From Eledone cirrhosa (lineage: Eukaryota), in NCBI GenBank assembly GCA_964016885.1, contig OZ024745.1, positions 119,722,001 through 119,786,000 of the forward strand: a stretch of DNA of 64,000 nt, read 5' to 3'. The position numbers and the translations under genes were made by a program. Under the pieces are notes generated by a model. It was not told the origin of the DNA, did no database searches, and saw nothing but the letters and a program-made list of their open reading frames with translations. Below, one piece after another: positions 39,669-53,182 of the stretch. The first letter of the stretch is position 1; each line of letters starts with the position of its first letter.

Positions 39669-42600
39669 TTTAATAAATGGAAACTATATTCATAAAATCA
39701 TATTTATTTTATTATATATATTTCAAGGGTACCAAAAAACTTTGTTTCCATTTATTAATATCATTGATATTATGCTCCAGGAAACGTGTAGAGTTCTTCG
39801 AATCTATTATAATAAATACAATTGTTGAATTACCAGCAAATTAAATATCTCTTTGCTTATAAATATCTCCTTAATGTAGAGCACTTTAAATTATAGCAGA
39901 TTGCAAAGAATTAATAATGGAATTTTTTAAGATCTCTTCTTCTCTAAAGGATGTACCCTTAGCTAAAAATAAAGAATATGTAAAACAACTTATAGATAAA
40001 TCCGATTCTTTCATTAGGAGACTTAGCTGGCGTGCCTTCCATTTTGATAATAAATCGGAAAGGAAATAAATATATCCAAATATAATTTTGATCTTATTTT
40101 CAAATCAAGGAAAAATCCAGCTTTCAACAAACTGTTAGCCGAATTTGAAAATGAAATAATCTCCATAACACAGAACGTTAAATTTAAAAGGAACCAGTTT
40201 ATTGGCCAGGAATGCCTCAAAATAGACAATCTCGAAAAAACAAAGATCCTGTAAAATCGGACAAAACCAATAATTTATAGGGTATCGAAAAAGACGCTTA
40301 TAAAAACTTAATATTGAAGGAACTTAGGAAAAACTATAAAAACACATCAAATGAAGATCTATCAATCTTAAATAAAGAAGCCTCGAAAATCATTTATGAA
40401 TTAGGCATTCAAAATAAGACAGAACCTTTTATACCTAGAAAACCGAAGATTAATATGAAGGACCACAAAAGAAATTTTGAAGTTGAACTACCTGTCAGAC
40501 TCATCGCACCATCTAAGTCTGACATAGGCATAATTAGCAAACATATACTAGATAGGATTATACCAGTACTTAAGCTAAAATCACATCTTAAACTATGGAA
40601 CGGTACAAATGAAGTAATAGATTGGTTTTCACACATTAAATTAAAATATAAGAAAAAAATTATTTAAATGGATATTGCAAATTACTACTCCTCAATTACC
40701 CCTAGCTTACTTAATAATTCACTTATTTGCGCTGCTAAACATACAGACCTATCTAGTGATGAAATAAATATCATTCTAACCGCACGTAAAACCCTAATCG
40801 AATTTAATAACCATCTCTGGACAAGGGCTGACAGACAGAATAAATTTGATATCACTATGGGATCCTCTGACTCAGCTCAAGTAACATACCTCGTTGGATT
40901 ATTTATTCTTAATGTACTACATAGGAAAATGCCAGAAATGACCGAAGCTTTATATCGCGACGATATGTGTTTTTTAATCGAACACCATAGCAGTAGTGAA
41001 ATTAATAGGAAAAAGAAATCTATCATAGAATTTTTCAATAACTACAACCTTAAGTTAGAAATCGAGAATAATAATAAAACTGTTAACTTCTTAGATGTAA
41101 CTTTAAACCTTAACTCAGGTCTATATTATCCTTTCCATAAAATTAATGAAAACCTAAATTACGTAAGCTTCAATTCTAACCATCCTGGAAATATGAAAAA
41201 ATACTGTTGTCAATAGTGTCCAGCAACGGATTTCACGCAGTTCAGCTAATAAAAATATTTTTGATAATAAGGCAGAATATTACAATGATGCATTACATAG
41301 TGCTGGCTACATGAATAAAATTAAATACATAGATAACAATAACTTCCTAAAATAGCAAAATCTTCCTAAAATTCAATATAATAATAGTAATAAACAATTT
41401 AACTTAAATAGTAAACCAAACCAAAGAACTAGAAATATTATTTGGTACTCTCTCCCATTCTCATTAGGAGTTAAAACACCTGTAGCAAAACTATTTTTCA
41501 AAGCATTAGATAAATGTTTTCCTAAACCCCACAGATATCACTCTATTTTTAACAGACATACTATAAAACTATCTTACTCTACTACCATGAACATAGCACA
41601 AAATATAAATAGAATTAATAATAGAAAGTTAAATTTAAAGGTAAACCAATTAAACCAAGATAACAATATTAATATTACTAACAACACTATTAATACTAAT
41701 AATAATAGTACTGTTCCTAGTAACACTAACTCTCGTAAATGTAACTGTAGAAATGAATCTAATTCCCCTTTACAGAAAAATTGCTTAGATAAAAACTTAG
41801 TATAGAAATGCACAGTTAAAACTAGACATAAAATATATAATTATATAGGAGATACTTCTACAAAATTTAAAGAACGCAGGTATAATCATAAACATACATT
41901 TAATAGATCCGATAAAAAATTTTCCACATCACTTTCACATCTAATTTGGCACTTAAAAGACAATAATATTGACTATTCAATCTCTTGGAGAACGATTTCG
42001 AAAGCACTCGCATACCGAAATATGGCTCTCGCAAGAATTTGTCATTTTGTATTGAAGAAACTTGTTATATACTCACCTGTCAAAATTCTATCAACCTAAA
42101 AAAAGGAAATATTCAGTTCCTGCAGACATCGCCAAAAAATGACATTCCGAAGTATTTATAATCTAAAGTATATAATTCACTTATCACATTCTATATGTCT
42201 TCACTATTCTTCTGTCAATGTTTATTTGTGATTTTTAAATGATATTTTTCTTTTGATGCAATATACTTTTTACAAATGATATTCTTTTCCAATTGATATT
42301 CTTCTGAGTTTTCTTAATTGATTTCCTTTATATTTTTATATTTTTTAATTGATATTTCTTAATTGATATTTTGAAATATATCATTTTTCGTGATAGTTTT
42401 CTAAATAAACTCATGAGGTCTCTAATAATATTTTCCTTCCTAATTGACTATATAGATAATATCTAAATATACATATATAAAAGAAATTCTCATCTTTGAA
42501 AACATGTAATATAAAATGCCTTATAATCATACATAAAATAATATATAAAATTTTCTCCACATACATTTTTAAGTAAATTCTAAAATCTAACGTAAATAGT

Positions 42601-43480
42601 GTAACTAATAAACATTGGAGTTACCTTTTCCCTTTCCTTTTCCTTTATAATCTAGCACGCACAAAGCATCCTCTCTTCTTAACAACATAAATACTATAGA
42701 CTTAATTTTCGTTAATTTTCTATCTTGTTTGAACTATTTGAAGGTACAAAAAGTTATTCTATAATAAAATTCGTACTACGTCTTTTTCTTAACTATATAT
42801 TGAAAATGTAAACACATATCCTTCGTAACCCTTAAATTATATTTAAATTATATTTAAATTATATTTGAATTAATAAAAGCATGTATAATCACCAATAATA
42901 TTTATATTTTTATCTATTTATATAAATATGTATATAATTGACTGGTTGTAATGTAATAAGCTAAAGTGTACTTATAACCCTAATTCCCATTCCTTAAAAT
43001 ATAATTATATACATTATATATATAATATTATAACTCATGATTTAGTTATATAGTTTTAAATATTTGGATTAGTATTCTACCACTTCAACACATTTTTAAT
43101 TTTTAATTTTTAAATCTACTTGCACCCTAATAATAATATTAGCCTATCTTTCAACCTTCTTCTTCATCTTCTTCTTTTATAAAATATCCTAATAATTATT
43201 TAAATATACCTAGCGTCTAAATATAACGATTTTTTCAGTCTACGCTTCTACTTCATTTGCATATCCATCCTAAATGATTTGAAATTTTTCTTTTTTGCTT
43301 TCACTATCCAAATGGAACTTGAACCGATAAGCTTTGGTTTATCGGGTATGCCACTATTCATAAAACAAATTTGTATTTTATCTGATGAGGGCGTACTAAA
43401 GTTTTTTTGGTACCCTTGGAATATATATAATAAAATAAATATGGTTTTATAAATATAGTTTCCATTTATTAATATCAATT
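39668..43480 (+). mobile_element. Near full-length Penelope-like element (Hydra-clade-like), ORF disrupted
   Basis: Inverted partial pLTR (39668-39742) plus forward pLTR part (39744-39857). ORF remnants at about 39920-42165: LKDVPL..RRLSWRAF, MKDHK..PVRLIAPSKSDIG, MDIANYYSSI, DITMGSSDSAQ, LYRDD, NFLDVTLNL, CNC, YIG, CRH. Then an AT-rich 3' UTR and a 3' pLTR. Confidence 0.92.
43370..43440 (+). ncRNA. Minimal hammerhead motif in the PLE 3' pLTR (GAAA mutated to GGAA)
   Basis: TATTTTAT-CTGATGA(43382-43388)-GGGCGTAC..GTACCCTT-GGAA-TATATA-TA-ATAAAATA. The inverted copy at about 39710-39735 keeps GAAA. Confidence 0.65.
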
Positions 43481-43580
43481 AAGCAAACATCGTTGCTTTC
43501 AACCTTAACGGAATCTTCTGAAACTAGATCCCGTTAAGGATGAAAGCAGCGATTCTTTGCTTAAACTTTAATCTATTTAT
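43481..43580. mobile_element. Short pLTR family A fold-back
   Basis: AAGCAAACATCGTTGCTTTCAACCTTAACGGAATCT ... AGATCCCGTTAAGGATGAAAGCAGCGATTCTTTGCTT. Confidence 0.7.
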
Positions 43581-44044
43581 TTTAATATATATATATATGT
43601 GTGTGCGTGTGTGTGTGTATGTGTGTGTCTGTGTGTGTGTGTGTGTCTGTGTGTGTGTGTGTGTGTGTGTGTCTATAAGGAAAAGAAATCGAAAATTCAA
43701 ATGGAAACCGGTAAAGGAAATAAATAAATATTCTTAAAAAGACTCCAGTTGCATTTTCGATTTCTTTTCCTGACACTTTCAGCCGTGTAGGGCATCTGGA
43801 TTTTTATTAAAAAACCTCATTTATATATATATATATAAGGTAGGGAAAGGGGACACAGAGAGGAAGAATAAGGTAGAATTGGAGATATAATTTTGTTGAA
43901 CGCTTGATATAGCTAGAAAAGAATCGTAACGTTTGAGGTGTTATTCTTTCATCAGAATGCAGAGTGGCAGAAGAAAAAGATAGAATAGTATACGAGAGGA
44001 AAATAGGAGAAATTAGAGGAAAAGGGCCTCTATATAGCTGTGTC

Positions 44045-44094
<50 letters not shown>

Positions 44095-44107
<13 letters not shown>

Positions 44108-44806
44108 ATGTATATATAATGTATTTTGCAATACACTTTATGCTTAATTAAAAGCATTTTGAAGACCGTAAGCTATTGTTTTAAAGTAGTGACAAATTCA
44201 CTCACTTTGATCTCAGCAAACAGGGGAGTTAAGCCGACAAGACTTGTTTCGCTTTGGTTGAAGCTTATCAAGGCCAACTACCCCACCTGTTTGCTGAGAT
44301 CATTGATGTTATATTCTTATAGAAATCTAGTAAATAATCAGGAGCTGATTATGCAGAGCGGTTGTTGGTCAGGCAGAAATTAAAAATTAGAATTGGAGCT
44401 CTGAAATAGCAATATATATATGGATGTATATATAATGTATTTTGCAATACACTTTATGCTTAATTAAAAGCATTTTGAAGACCGTAAGCTATTGTTTTAA
44501 AGTAGTGACAAATTCACTCACTTTGATCTCAGCAATCAGCTCCTGATTATTTACTAGATTTCTATAAGAATATAACATCAATGATCTCTAGCAAACAGGT
44601 GGGTAGTTGGCCTTGATAAGCTTCAACCAAAGCGAAACAAGTCTTGTCGGCTTATCTCCCCTGTTTGCTGAGATCAGAGTGAGTGAATTTGTCACTACTT
44701 TAAAACAATAGCTTACGGTCTTCAAAATGCTTTTAATTAAGCATAAAGTGTATTGCAAAATACATTATATATACATCCATATATATATTGCTATTTCAGA
44801 GTCCAA

Positions 44807-44812
<6 letters not shown>
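44095..44812. mobile_element. Partial-tandem plus inverted repeat element (pLTR-like family D) between (TA)n tracts
   Basis: 44100-44218 is repeated directly at 44415-44535. 44535-44790 is an inverted copy of 44100-44350. Confidence 0.75.
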
Positions 44813-44856
<44 letters not shown>

Positions 44857-44887
44857 ACTCTTTTACCTGTTCCAGCCATCCTGCTAG

Positions 44888-44950
<63 letters not shown>

Positions 44951-44952
<2 letters not shown>

Positions 44953-45151
44953 CGAAGGAAATGTGGTAAGGAACCAGGTGGACCATAACGCACCAAAGTA
45001 CTCAATACTTGGGGTAGTAGAGTGGGTAATAGGAACCAGTAAGACCCCGACGGCTGAGCTCAAGCCGTTTCGACGGCTAATTCTGGATTTAGTCCAGAAT
45101 TAGCCGTCGAAACGGCTTGAGCTCAGCCGTCGGGGTCTTACTGGTTCCTAT
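44951..45151. mobile_element. pLTR family B fold-back element
   Basis: Hairpin at 45029-45151, near-identical to 8830-9036, flanked by (TA)n. Confidence 0.85.
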
Positions 45152-45294
45152 ATATATATATATACGGATTAACAAATAATAGTTAAATGCAGTCCACTTA
45201 GGTGAAGTCCAGTTATGGTATTCCAGGTAGTGGAATGTAAGCTATGTGATTAAAAACTTTTTTGTATAGCAAACCATGTAAACCTTCTTTCCTG

Positions 45295-45369
<75 letters not shown>

Positions 45370-45802
45370 GTAGTGTAGTGTAATTTGCTAAATAATACCC
45401 AAAGTTAGAAGAGTATTCAAATCTTGTCGAAGAGGTGTTATACAGATATTAAAGAAATCTAACACAAGGGATTCCACTCACTGACTACCATATCACATAT
45501 ATATTTCCACGCGGATGCACCTTTCCAAACTCATCACTATTTTCTATTCCAACTCTAATTTGAGCCGATACCAGTTAGCTCCCCTGAATTCCGCATGGAA
45601 AAGGATTTCATAGTCTATTTAACTACCATATTACCTCCCCTAAGTTTCTTCTGCGACTCTATATATCTAACATATGTCTCTTTATATATATATATATTAA
45701 ATATCTGCTTCCCTTTGTGGAACTCTTTCACACATGAAGTAAAATAATATGGCCATCTTAAACCGTTGTCAAAAAAAGCTAATTGATTTAGGCCCTTCTC
45801 CT

Positions 45803-45803
45803 G

Positions 45804-45834
<31 letters not shown>

Positions 45835-46560
45835 AGAGGGTCTTGGGCAGAGTCCTCAAACTCTCCTTCCAGCGCGTCCTGTCAGAAGCAATCGTCTCCA
45901 ACTGATCCGGTTGGATTCTCAAGCGAGACCAGCTAAGCTCATGGATGTTATCCAACCATTTTGCTCGGGGTCTACCCCAGGGTCTCCTGCCGGTTGGTTT
46001 TGCCCGTAAAACTTGTCCATCGATTCTTTTGTGAGATATTCTAACCCCATGACCTACTTGGAGTGATTATCTCTCTGATCAACGAGCTACGCACTCTATC
46101 GTGTAATGTTACTCTAAAGACCCTTCGGAAGAACTCCATTCCAGCCGCTTATGTTCTTTAGATCAAAACCCAAGATTCACGAAAAAATGAACAGGAGTTG
46201 TGAATGTATGCACTGTTGCTGGAGTCTAACTCTCACATTGAAAGGTTTCGATTTAGCACTATTTATCATAAAACAAATACTCGGTGATTCGTATATACAC
46301 ATCAGGGCAACAATAAGCTGACTATCGGTCCCATATTCCTGCAGAGCCCACAGCAGTTCCCGAAGAACGTAGTCATATGCATTTGCTGGGTATGCAAAGC
46401 AAGATTATACCTCTAGGCAGCACTCCCACAACTTCTCGAAGACCTGTCTCAGTTTGAATATTTTGTTGTTTGTACTGCATCCTGAGCGCAAACCGCATTG
46501 TTTATTCAGCTAGTTTGCACTCAACAATCTCCCTACATCTTCTTGCCAGACTCATTCACG
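45803..46560 (-). mobile_element. RTE-clade LINE fragments with (GAA)n tail, internally deleted
   Basis: 45830-46180 is homologous to 32430-32810. 46340-46540 resembles an RT segment (QCGLRSGCSTNNKIFKLRQVFEKLWE). Confidence 0.75.
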
Positions 46561-46899
46561 CGTCGCAGATGGCGGATAGCGATACGGCCACCAGATATAA
46601 TGGTTATTTGTGCAGTTAGGTGAAGTTTTATGTATACAGCCTAAATTCTTACACATACATACGTACATACATATATACATCAGCTAGTTAGCAGGAACGT
46701 CAAATATAATTTTTTTGTTTAAGGTTAGCGTTGCGAGTATCAAAACCTTTCCGATATCTAACGAAAGTACAGTCTATCTTCCTGACCACCTGTGGCGTGG
46801 AGGGACCATTGTGAGTGCTATCCACCCATACGACAGGTGCTGATACAGCCATCACGTGCTTATGAAGTTGTATGTTCTTAGATTATTTAAACTTCTGAT

Positions 46900-48390
46900 T
46901 TGTGGTGACTAAAACGTTTGGAAACATTTTGTGTGAGCAGAGTTTATATATTTCTCTGGTATTGAGGCACGTGTTTCATTCTAGTAACTTCTGAGTTAGC
47001 TATAATGCTGCGTTCCAGACTCGCAAACCCTGCTTTCCTCAATATGAAGCTTACAGAATTCTACTATCCTTCATTTAATATATTTTGCAATTTCCAGATG
47101 TAACTGGAGAGTTACAAACTAATCAGACTTCTTGAGAATTTCGATCGGTGAAGGTGTCTGGAGGTTTTACTAATTTTATGTGGGTATTATGGAAATTATG
47201 CAACGGAGTTGCAGTCCAGATTCAAGCTGTGATTATTTTTCTGCTTTTCGGTATATACTTTGTTGATTTATAGTATTCGATGGCTAACTCTAGGTTTATT
47301 TACTAGATTATATAAATGTTGTGCCTGCAGTTTCACTTTGATACTTTTTCCAGGTTTTTCTGTTCCATTAGCGGTTAATGGTGAATGGAGGGTGACTGCT
47401 GAATGAGTCCGAGTTCTTGCCGTTGAGCGGATGTTTTGCGTCTGTTTGAGTCTGTATATCAATTCAGACTTGTTGGTTATATGGTCATTGGTAATCTTTG
47501 ATGGTTCTACTCATTATATGTAAGAACTATGCCACCGTGGAAATGTAGTCATTGGAGAGTAATATAAAAACAATGTAATAAGATGGCTGAAGTCTATAAC
47601 GTCCGTCTTATTCATACAAGTAATTGGAAACGGATGGATCGTGTTTGATTGAAAGGTTTCTAGTATGGTTTTGAAGGTGGAGTTTGAATTGAATTTATGG
47701 TTAAGGAGGTACTATTTTATGGGTAAGATTACGTGAAGAATTATGATTTGCGTTTCTTTGAGTTATTAGATAACAAATGGTTGATTTGGATGCGTTCACG
47801 TCCTAGGGTCTTTGTTATATATTTCAAGACAGGAGTCCAGCAACTGAATACGGTAAATGAACAAAGAACATACAACAGCTTAAAAGGCCTTGAGCTCATT
47901 AAATTATAGGGATTAATGTGCGTCTTTAACTCCATTTTTTAATTTGGTATTTCGGTTCCTATTTCATTTTTATATGTAAGTTGAGCCTTTTAACCTGAAT
48001 GGTTTTCGGCTGCTATTTTTAGTGGTCTTTTTGTCCATTCACACCATCATGTGAGGTATAGCGCATAGTTTTTCTTTCTACAACATGAGGTCTTTCGATT
48101 CATCTAATATAAGTTTAGACGTGTGGGTCATATCGTGTGTTCCTCCTGTTGATAAGCCATCAGTGGTATGATTCTACACTTAATGTGTGGCCAAAGATGC
48201 TTCCAGCGTGTCTAGGAGATATAGATATAATGGTCTGTGCACTTTAATTTGTCCTTTTAATTCTTGTATATTTTCCATTCTGATCATAGATTATATGTCC
48301 CCTATAATTGAGCACATACCTCTTTGTGTACTTTTCTCTATGTACTGTCTTATAAAGAGCCCAGGTCTGTCCATGATAGGTCTTTAATTC
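46900..48390 (-). pseudogene. Highly degenerate LINE-like remnant (CR1/Jockey-like?)
   Basis: KLLYVL..CWTPVLKY..ERIQ resembles the post-RT 'LY..VWSP..LERVQ' motif; weak evidence. Confidence 0.3.
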
Positions 48391-48399
48391 GATTTTTTT

Positions 48400-48456
<57 letters not shown>

Positions 48457-48489
48457 ATTAAATAAATGGAAAACTATATTTATAAAACC

Positions 48490-48565
48490 ATATTTATTTC
48501 ATTATATATATTTCGGGGATATCATATTAACAATATGCTATGCCTTCATCAGACAAAATACAATA
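48490..48565 (-). ncRNA. Minimal hammerhead motif (left palindrome arm)
   Basis: Mirror image of 50645-50719. Confidence 0.6.
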
Positions 48566-48925
48566 TAAACAGTTTTATAGATAAATATATTCGACATACC
48601 GTAATAAACATCAACTTCATTTGAAGAGGTTCACTCTAGCAGTGAAAATACAGAGAGAAAGAAAGAGAGAGAGAAAAGAGGGAAATAAGAAAGAAAGAAA
48701 GACAAAACGAAGAAAAGGAAGAAAAAGAAGAAAAAGAAGAAATGCATGGGACAAAATAGAGAGATGGAAAAATAGATAAAGCGAAGAGCTTCATGTAAAG
48801 AGACCGAAAGATATATATATATATATAGAGAGAGAGAGGAAATAGAGATAGATACATATATAAATATAGATATAGAAAAATTAGGTAGTGGGAGGTCATT
48901 TTGAGTAAGTGTATCAATGATGCAT

Positions 48926-48960
<35 letters not shown>

Positions 48961-50248
48961 GCTCAAGTATTAATGTAAGGGAGATATATAGAGAGATATA
49001 GAGAGATATAGAGAGAGAAACATTTAAAAATAGCCAGACATATTCGAGGCGTAGAAAACCCTATGTTTTAATGTATTAGTATTTATAAAACTTACACTAT
49101 ATTGTAAATATCAGTATTCCTGAATGAAACAAGTATTCACAATGCGTGAAAATTCATTATCTTATGTTTAGTTTTTTTTAAAAATTCATATGTCTATGTG
49201 AATCCAACTGATTCACTCCGCAAATTCAAAGTTACCGGAAAACATTCTCAATGTGGTATAAAAATTTGAGCGTATTATTATTCTTGCGATTACTCTACAA
49301 GATTATCTATCAAGCAGAAATAGAGAGCAGATTTCAATATACTAATCGAAAATATATATTATATTATAAGCAGAGATAACAATAATAATGATAATAAGTA
49401 AAAATATATAAAAATATAAAAATATAGAATAGAAAACTAAAAAAGAATATTACGAAAGAATATTACATAATAAAAATATTGCATATTAAAAATACTACGT
49501 ATTAAAAATATTACGTATTAAAACTTTACATATAAAAATATTAAAAATATTAAAAATAAAAATTTACATATAAAAAAAATATGTAAATTTTTTTTATATG
49601 TAAATTTTTATATGTAAAAAATATGTAAATTTTTTTTATATGTAAATTTTTATTTTTAATATTTTTAATATTTTTATATGTAAAGTTTTAATACGTAATA
49701 TTTTTAATACGTAGTATTTTTAATATGCAATATTTTTATTATGTAATATTCTTTCGTAATATTCTTTTTTAGTTTTCTATTCTATATTTTTATATTTTTA
49801 TATATTTTTACTTATTATCATTATTATTGTTATCTCTGCTTATAATATAATATATATTTTCGATTAGTATATTGAAATCTGCTCTCTATTTCTGCTTGAT
49901 AGATAATCTTGTAGAGTAATCGCAAGAATAATAATACGCTCAAATTTTTATACCACATTGAGAATGTTTTCCGGTAACTTTGAATTTGCGGAGTGAATCA
50001 GTTGGATTCACATAGACATATGAATTTTTTAAAAAAACTAAACATAAGATAATGAATTTTCACGCATTGTGAATACTTGTTTCATTCAGGAATACTGATA
50101 TTTACAATATAGTGTAAGTTTTATAAATACTAATACATTAAAACATAGGGTTTTCTACGCCTCGAATATGTCTGGCTATTTTTAAATGTTTCTCTCTCTA
50201 TATCTCTCTATATCTCTCTATATATCTCCCTTACATTAATACTTGAGC

Positions 50249-50283
<35 letters not shown>

Positions 50284-50644
50284 ATGCATCATTGATACAC
50301 TTACTCAAAATGACCTCCCACTACCTAATTTTTCTATATCTATATTTATATATGTATCTATCTCTATTTCCTCTCTCTCTCTATATATATATATATCTCT
50401 TTCGGTCTCTTTACATGAAGCTCTTCGCTTTATCTATTTTTCCATCTCTCTATTTTGTCCCATGCATTTCTTCTTTTTCTTCTTTTTCTTCCTTTTCTTC
50501 GTTTTGTCTTTCTTTCTTTCTTATTTCCCTCTTTTCTCTCTCTCTTTCTTTCTCTCTGTATTTTCACTGCTAGAGTGAACCTCTTCAAATGAAGTTGATG
50601 TTTATTACGGTATGTCGAATATATTTATCTATAAAACTGTTTAT

Positions 50645-50719
50645 ATTGTATTTTGTCTGATGAAGGCATAGCATATTGTTAATATGATATCCCCGAAATA
50701 TATATAATGAAATAAATAT
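50645..50719 (+). ncRNA. Minimal hammerhead motif (right palindrome arm)
   Basis: TATTTTGT-CTGATGA(50657-50663)-imperfect stem II with CATATT/AATATG-GAAA(50695-50698)-TATATA-TA-ATGAAATA. Confidence 0.6.
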
Positions 50720-50867
50720 GGTTTTATAAATATAGTTTTCCATTTATTTAATATTGTAAATATACTCCAAATATTTGTCGAGTGCTTTTATATCAGTTAT
50801 AAATATTTACTAGTTGTAACCCAACAATTTTAAATATAACTTTACATATATATATATATATATATAA

Positions 50868-51060
50868 AATATTAATAAATGGAAGGTATTTTTATAAAAC
50901 CATATTTATTTAATTATATATATTTCAAGGGTAGACGAATTTTGGTACGCTCTCATCAGATAATATACAAAGTCGGTTTACAGATAGTGACATATTCAGA
51001 CAACTACTTATTGTTGTGAGTTCTATTTGAATAGTATAAATATATGAATAATATGAATAA
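50868..51060 (-). mobile_element. pLTR family C fragment with a hammerhead motif
   Basis: Minus strand reads TATATTAT-CTGATGA-GAGCGTACCAAAATTCGTCTACCCTT-GAAA-TATATATA-ATTAAATA. Confidence 0.7.
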
Positions 51061-51063
51061 TTT

Positions 51064-51676
51064 GTATATATATACATGCACACATATATATATGTACGTA
51101 TGGATTTACCGAGCATTTATTATAATGCTCGGTTTGTTTGTAAACAAACATCCAAAATTAAGCCGTACAGTGTTTAGCCACCATCGTTGCCTTTTGTTCA
51201 ACACTGACAAAGGAACGATGTACTAGTTTCAAGCTTATTAGCTATCGTCAGCAACGTATACCTTCCTGCAAGATGATTGAACGTCTGAAAGTATATACTT
51301 TCCTTATGCATATTAACGGCTGAGCAGCCTAATTTGCATATCGAGTGAATTAATCGGCCGGGCGCACCGAACACGATAAACGGAAAAAATGAAACGAAAT
51401 TTCATTTCTCACTTTTGGTACAGCTGTTACTTAAATATAAGTATGTTTACGTACATACATATATGTATACAGACATACAGTAGTATGTATATATATACAT
51501 GCACACATATATATATGTACGTATGGATTTACCGAGCATTTATTATAATGCTCGGTTTGTTTGTAAACATCCCGAATTAAGCCGTACAGTGTTTAGCAAC
51601 CATCGTTGCCTAGTTTCAAGCTTATTATCTATCGTCAGCATCGTATACCTTCCTGCCAGATGATTGAACGTCTGTG
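51064..51676. repeat. Direct duplication of about 200 bp (51064-51286 and 51487-51676) containing a hairpin
   Basis: Both copies contain ACCGAGCATT-TATTAT-AATGCTCGGT. Confidence 0.85.
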
Positions 51677-51702
51677 TATGTGTGTGTGCGTGTACATAAT
51701 AG

Positions 51703-51736
<34 letters not shown>

Positions 51737-51796
51737 TATATGCACACACACACACACATATATATATAGATATATATATGTATATACATATATGTA

Positions 51797-51856
<60 letters not shown>

Positions 51857-52547
51857 CTCGGATTCTTTTCCTAGAGTGCTTAAATTATTTGTGACTAATC
51901 CCGGTTTTTTTATAAAAACTGCGATAATATTGCTTTTTGCTGAACTCCTTTTGTAGAGTTTTTTTCGGAATGTATTTGACTGTTATTTCTTGTAAACAAA
52001 CATTCGCTTTATTCTGACGTCACTAGCCCCGTTTTCCCTCAAGTGCGTTTTTCATAATCACGCATGATGGTGAACTAGCCAGTTTTGAAATTCCCTTTTT
52101 GGCTTATAAATCTGTGAGAGTCCTGGTTATCGAGTTGAGCTCTGCTGACGATTGAAATCCAACCGTGACCATCTCCACTGAAATTTTTCATGAAATAGTC
52201 TTTAAGACTATACAGAGCATTTGATGTTTTTCCAAATTGAAGGATAAGTATTCTAGACTTTATTTTATCATGAGTTAAGGCTCTATTGATTTTTCCCTGG
52301 ATTTCACTAAATTCTGTGGATGAATTTATATCCTGATTCTCTTTTGAGATGAGTTTGAATTATTTTTCCTACATCTTACGTTAACTATTTTTCCCATTTT
52401 GACGCTATAGTCGCATATATATTATGGAATACTGTTAGCTTCTCGCTACAACAATTTCTATACCTTTCATTTATATATATATATAATATATATATATATA
52501 TGAGCTATTCTCATACTTGTAATTGGATAAAATTTACTATTGCCTAC

Positions 52548-52597
<50 letters not shown>

Positions 52598-53182
52598 TTA
52601 TCTATGTGTATATATGTTCCTTTGTTGTATTCAGTTATTTGACTACTGTCTTGAAAGCGGTTACTCAACTTATTATCACCCGATAGTATTACATTCAGTA
52701 CGTGTATATTATATCATTATTTAGCGAAGAAAAGCAACTCGATACATCGGCTGTTAAATGTGAATATAGTCGGCACATTAATATATGTTTTTCGAAATAA
52801 ATAGATCTATTAATAAAAATTCCGTACAATACTAAAGAAACGAAACGTTACTTAAATGCCATACCAACGACACCATTATTTTCCTTCCAATGAGAATAAA
52901 CATATATTCGCAATCTTTAGTTGCAAAGAGCTGCTAATCTAGTGAGAATTTAACCTAGGTTAAAATTATTATACGTGATTATGTTGGTTTAGTAAAGTTG
53001 TATACCTTAGAATACCCCTATATTTCTATAACAGAATTTAATGTAAATTTTCGGAAATATTGTGTCATCAAGTATGAAATTTGTAGAGATTTGTTTATTT
53101 TCTACAAATTTCTATAAATTTCATATTGACGACTCAATATAATAAAGATTGTCTTTTGCGTGTATTATATTTGTGGAACAAT

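Larger units (their letters stand above)
48451..50758. repeat. 2.3-kb near-perfect palindrome of a PLE 3' UTR/pLTR
   Basis: Arms about 48451-49580 and 49629-50758. Mirror ORFs 48636-48917 and 50292-50573 differ by one residue. Confidence 0.95.

Noticed and set aside
39920-42165. Stop-codon recoding (selenocysteine, as reported for Naiad PLEs)
   Set aside because: The interruptions I could read are TAA/TAG stops and frameshifts rather than UGA at conserved Cys positions, and the endonuclease is C-terminal.
48636-50573. Duplicated 93-aa hydrophobic 'gene' pair
   Set aside because: They are low-complexity (CT/TA) UTR sequence mirrored by the palindrome.
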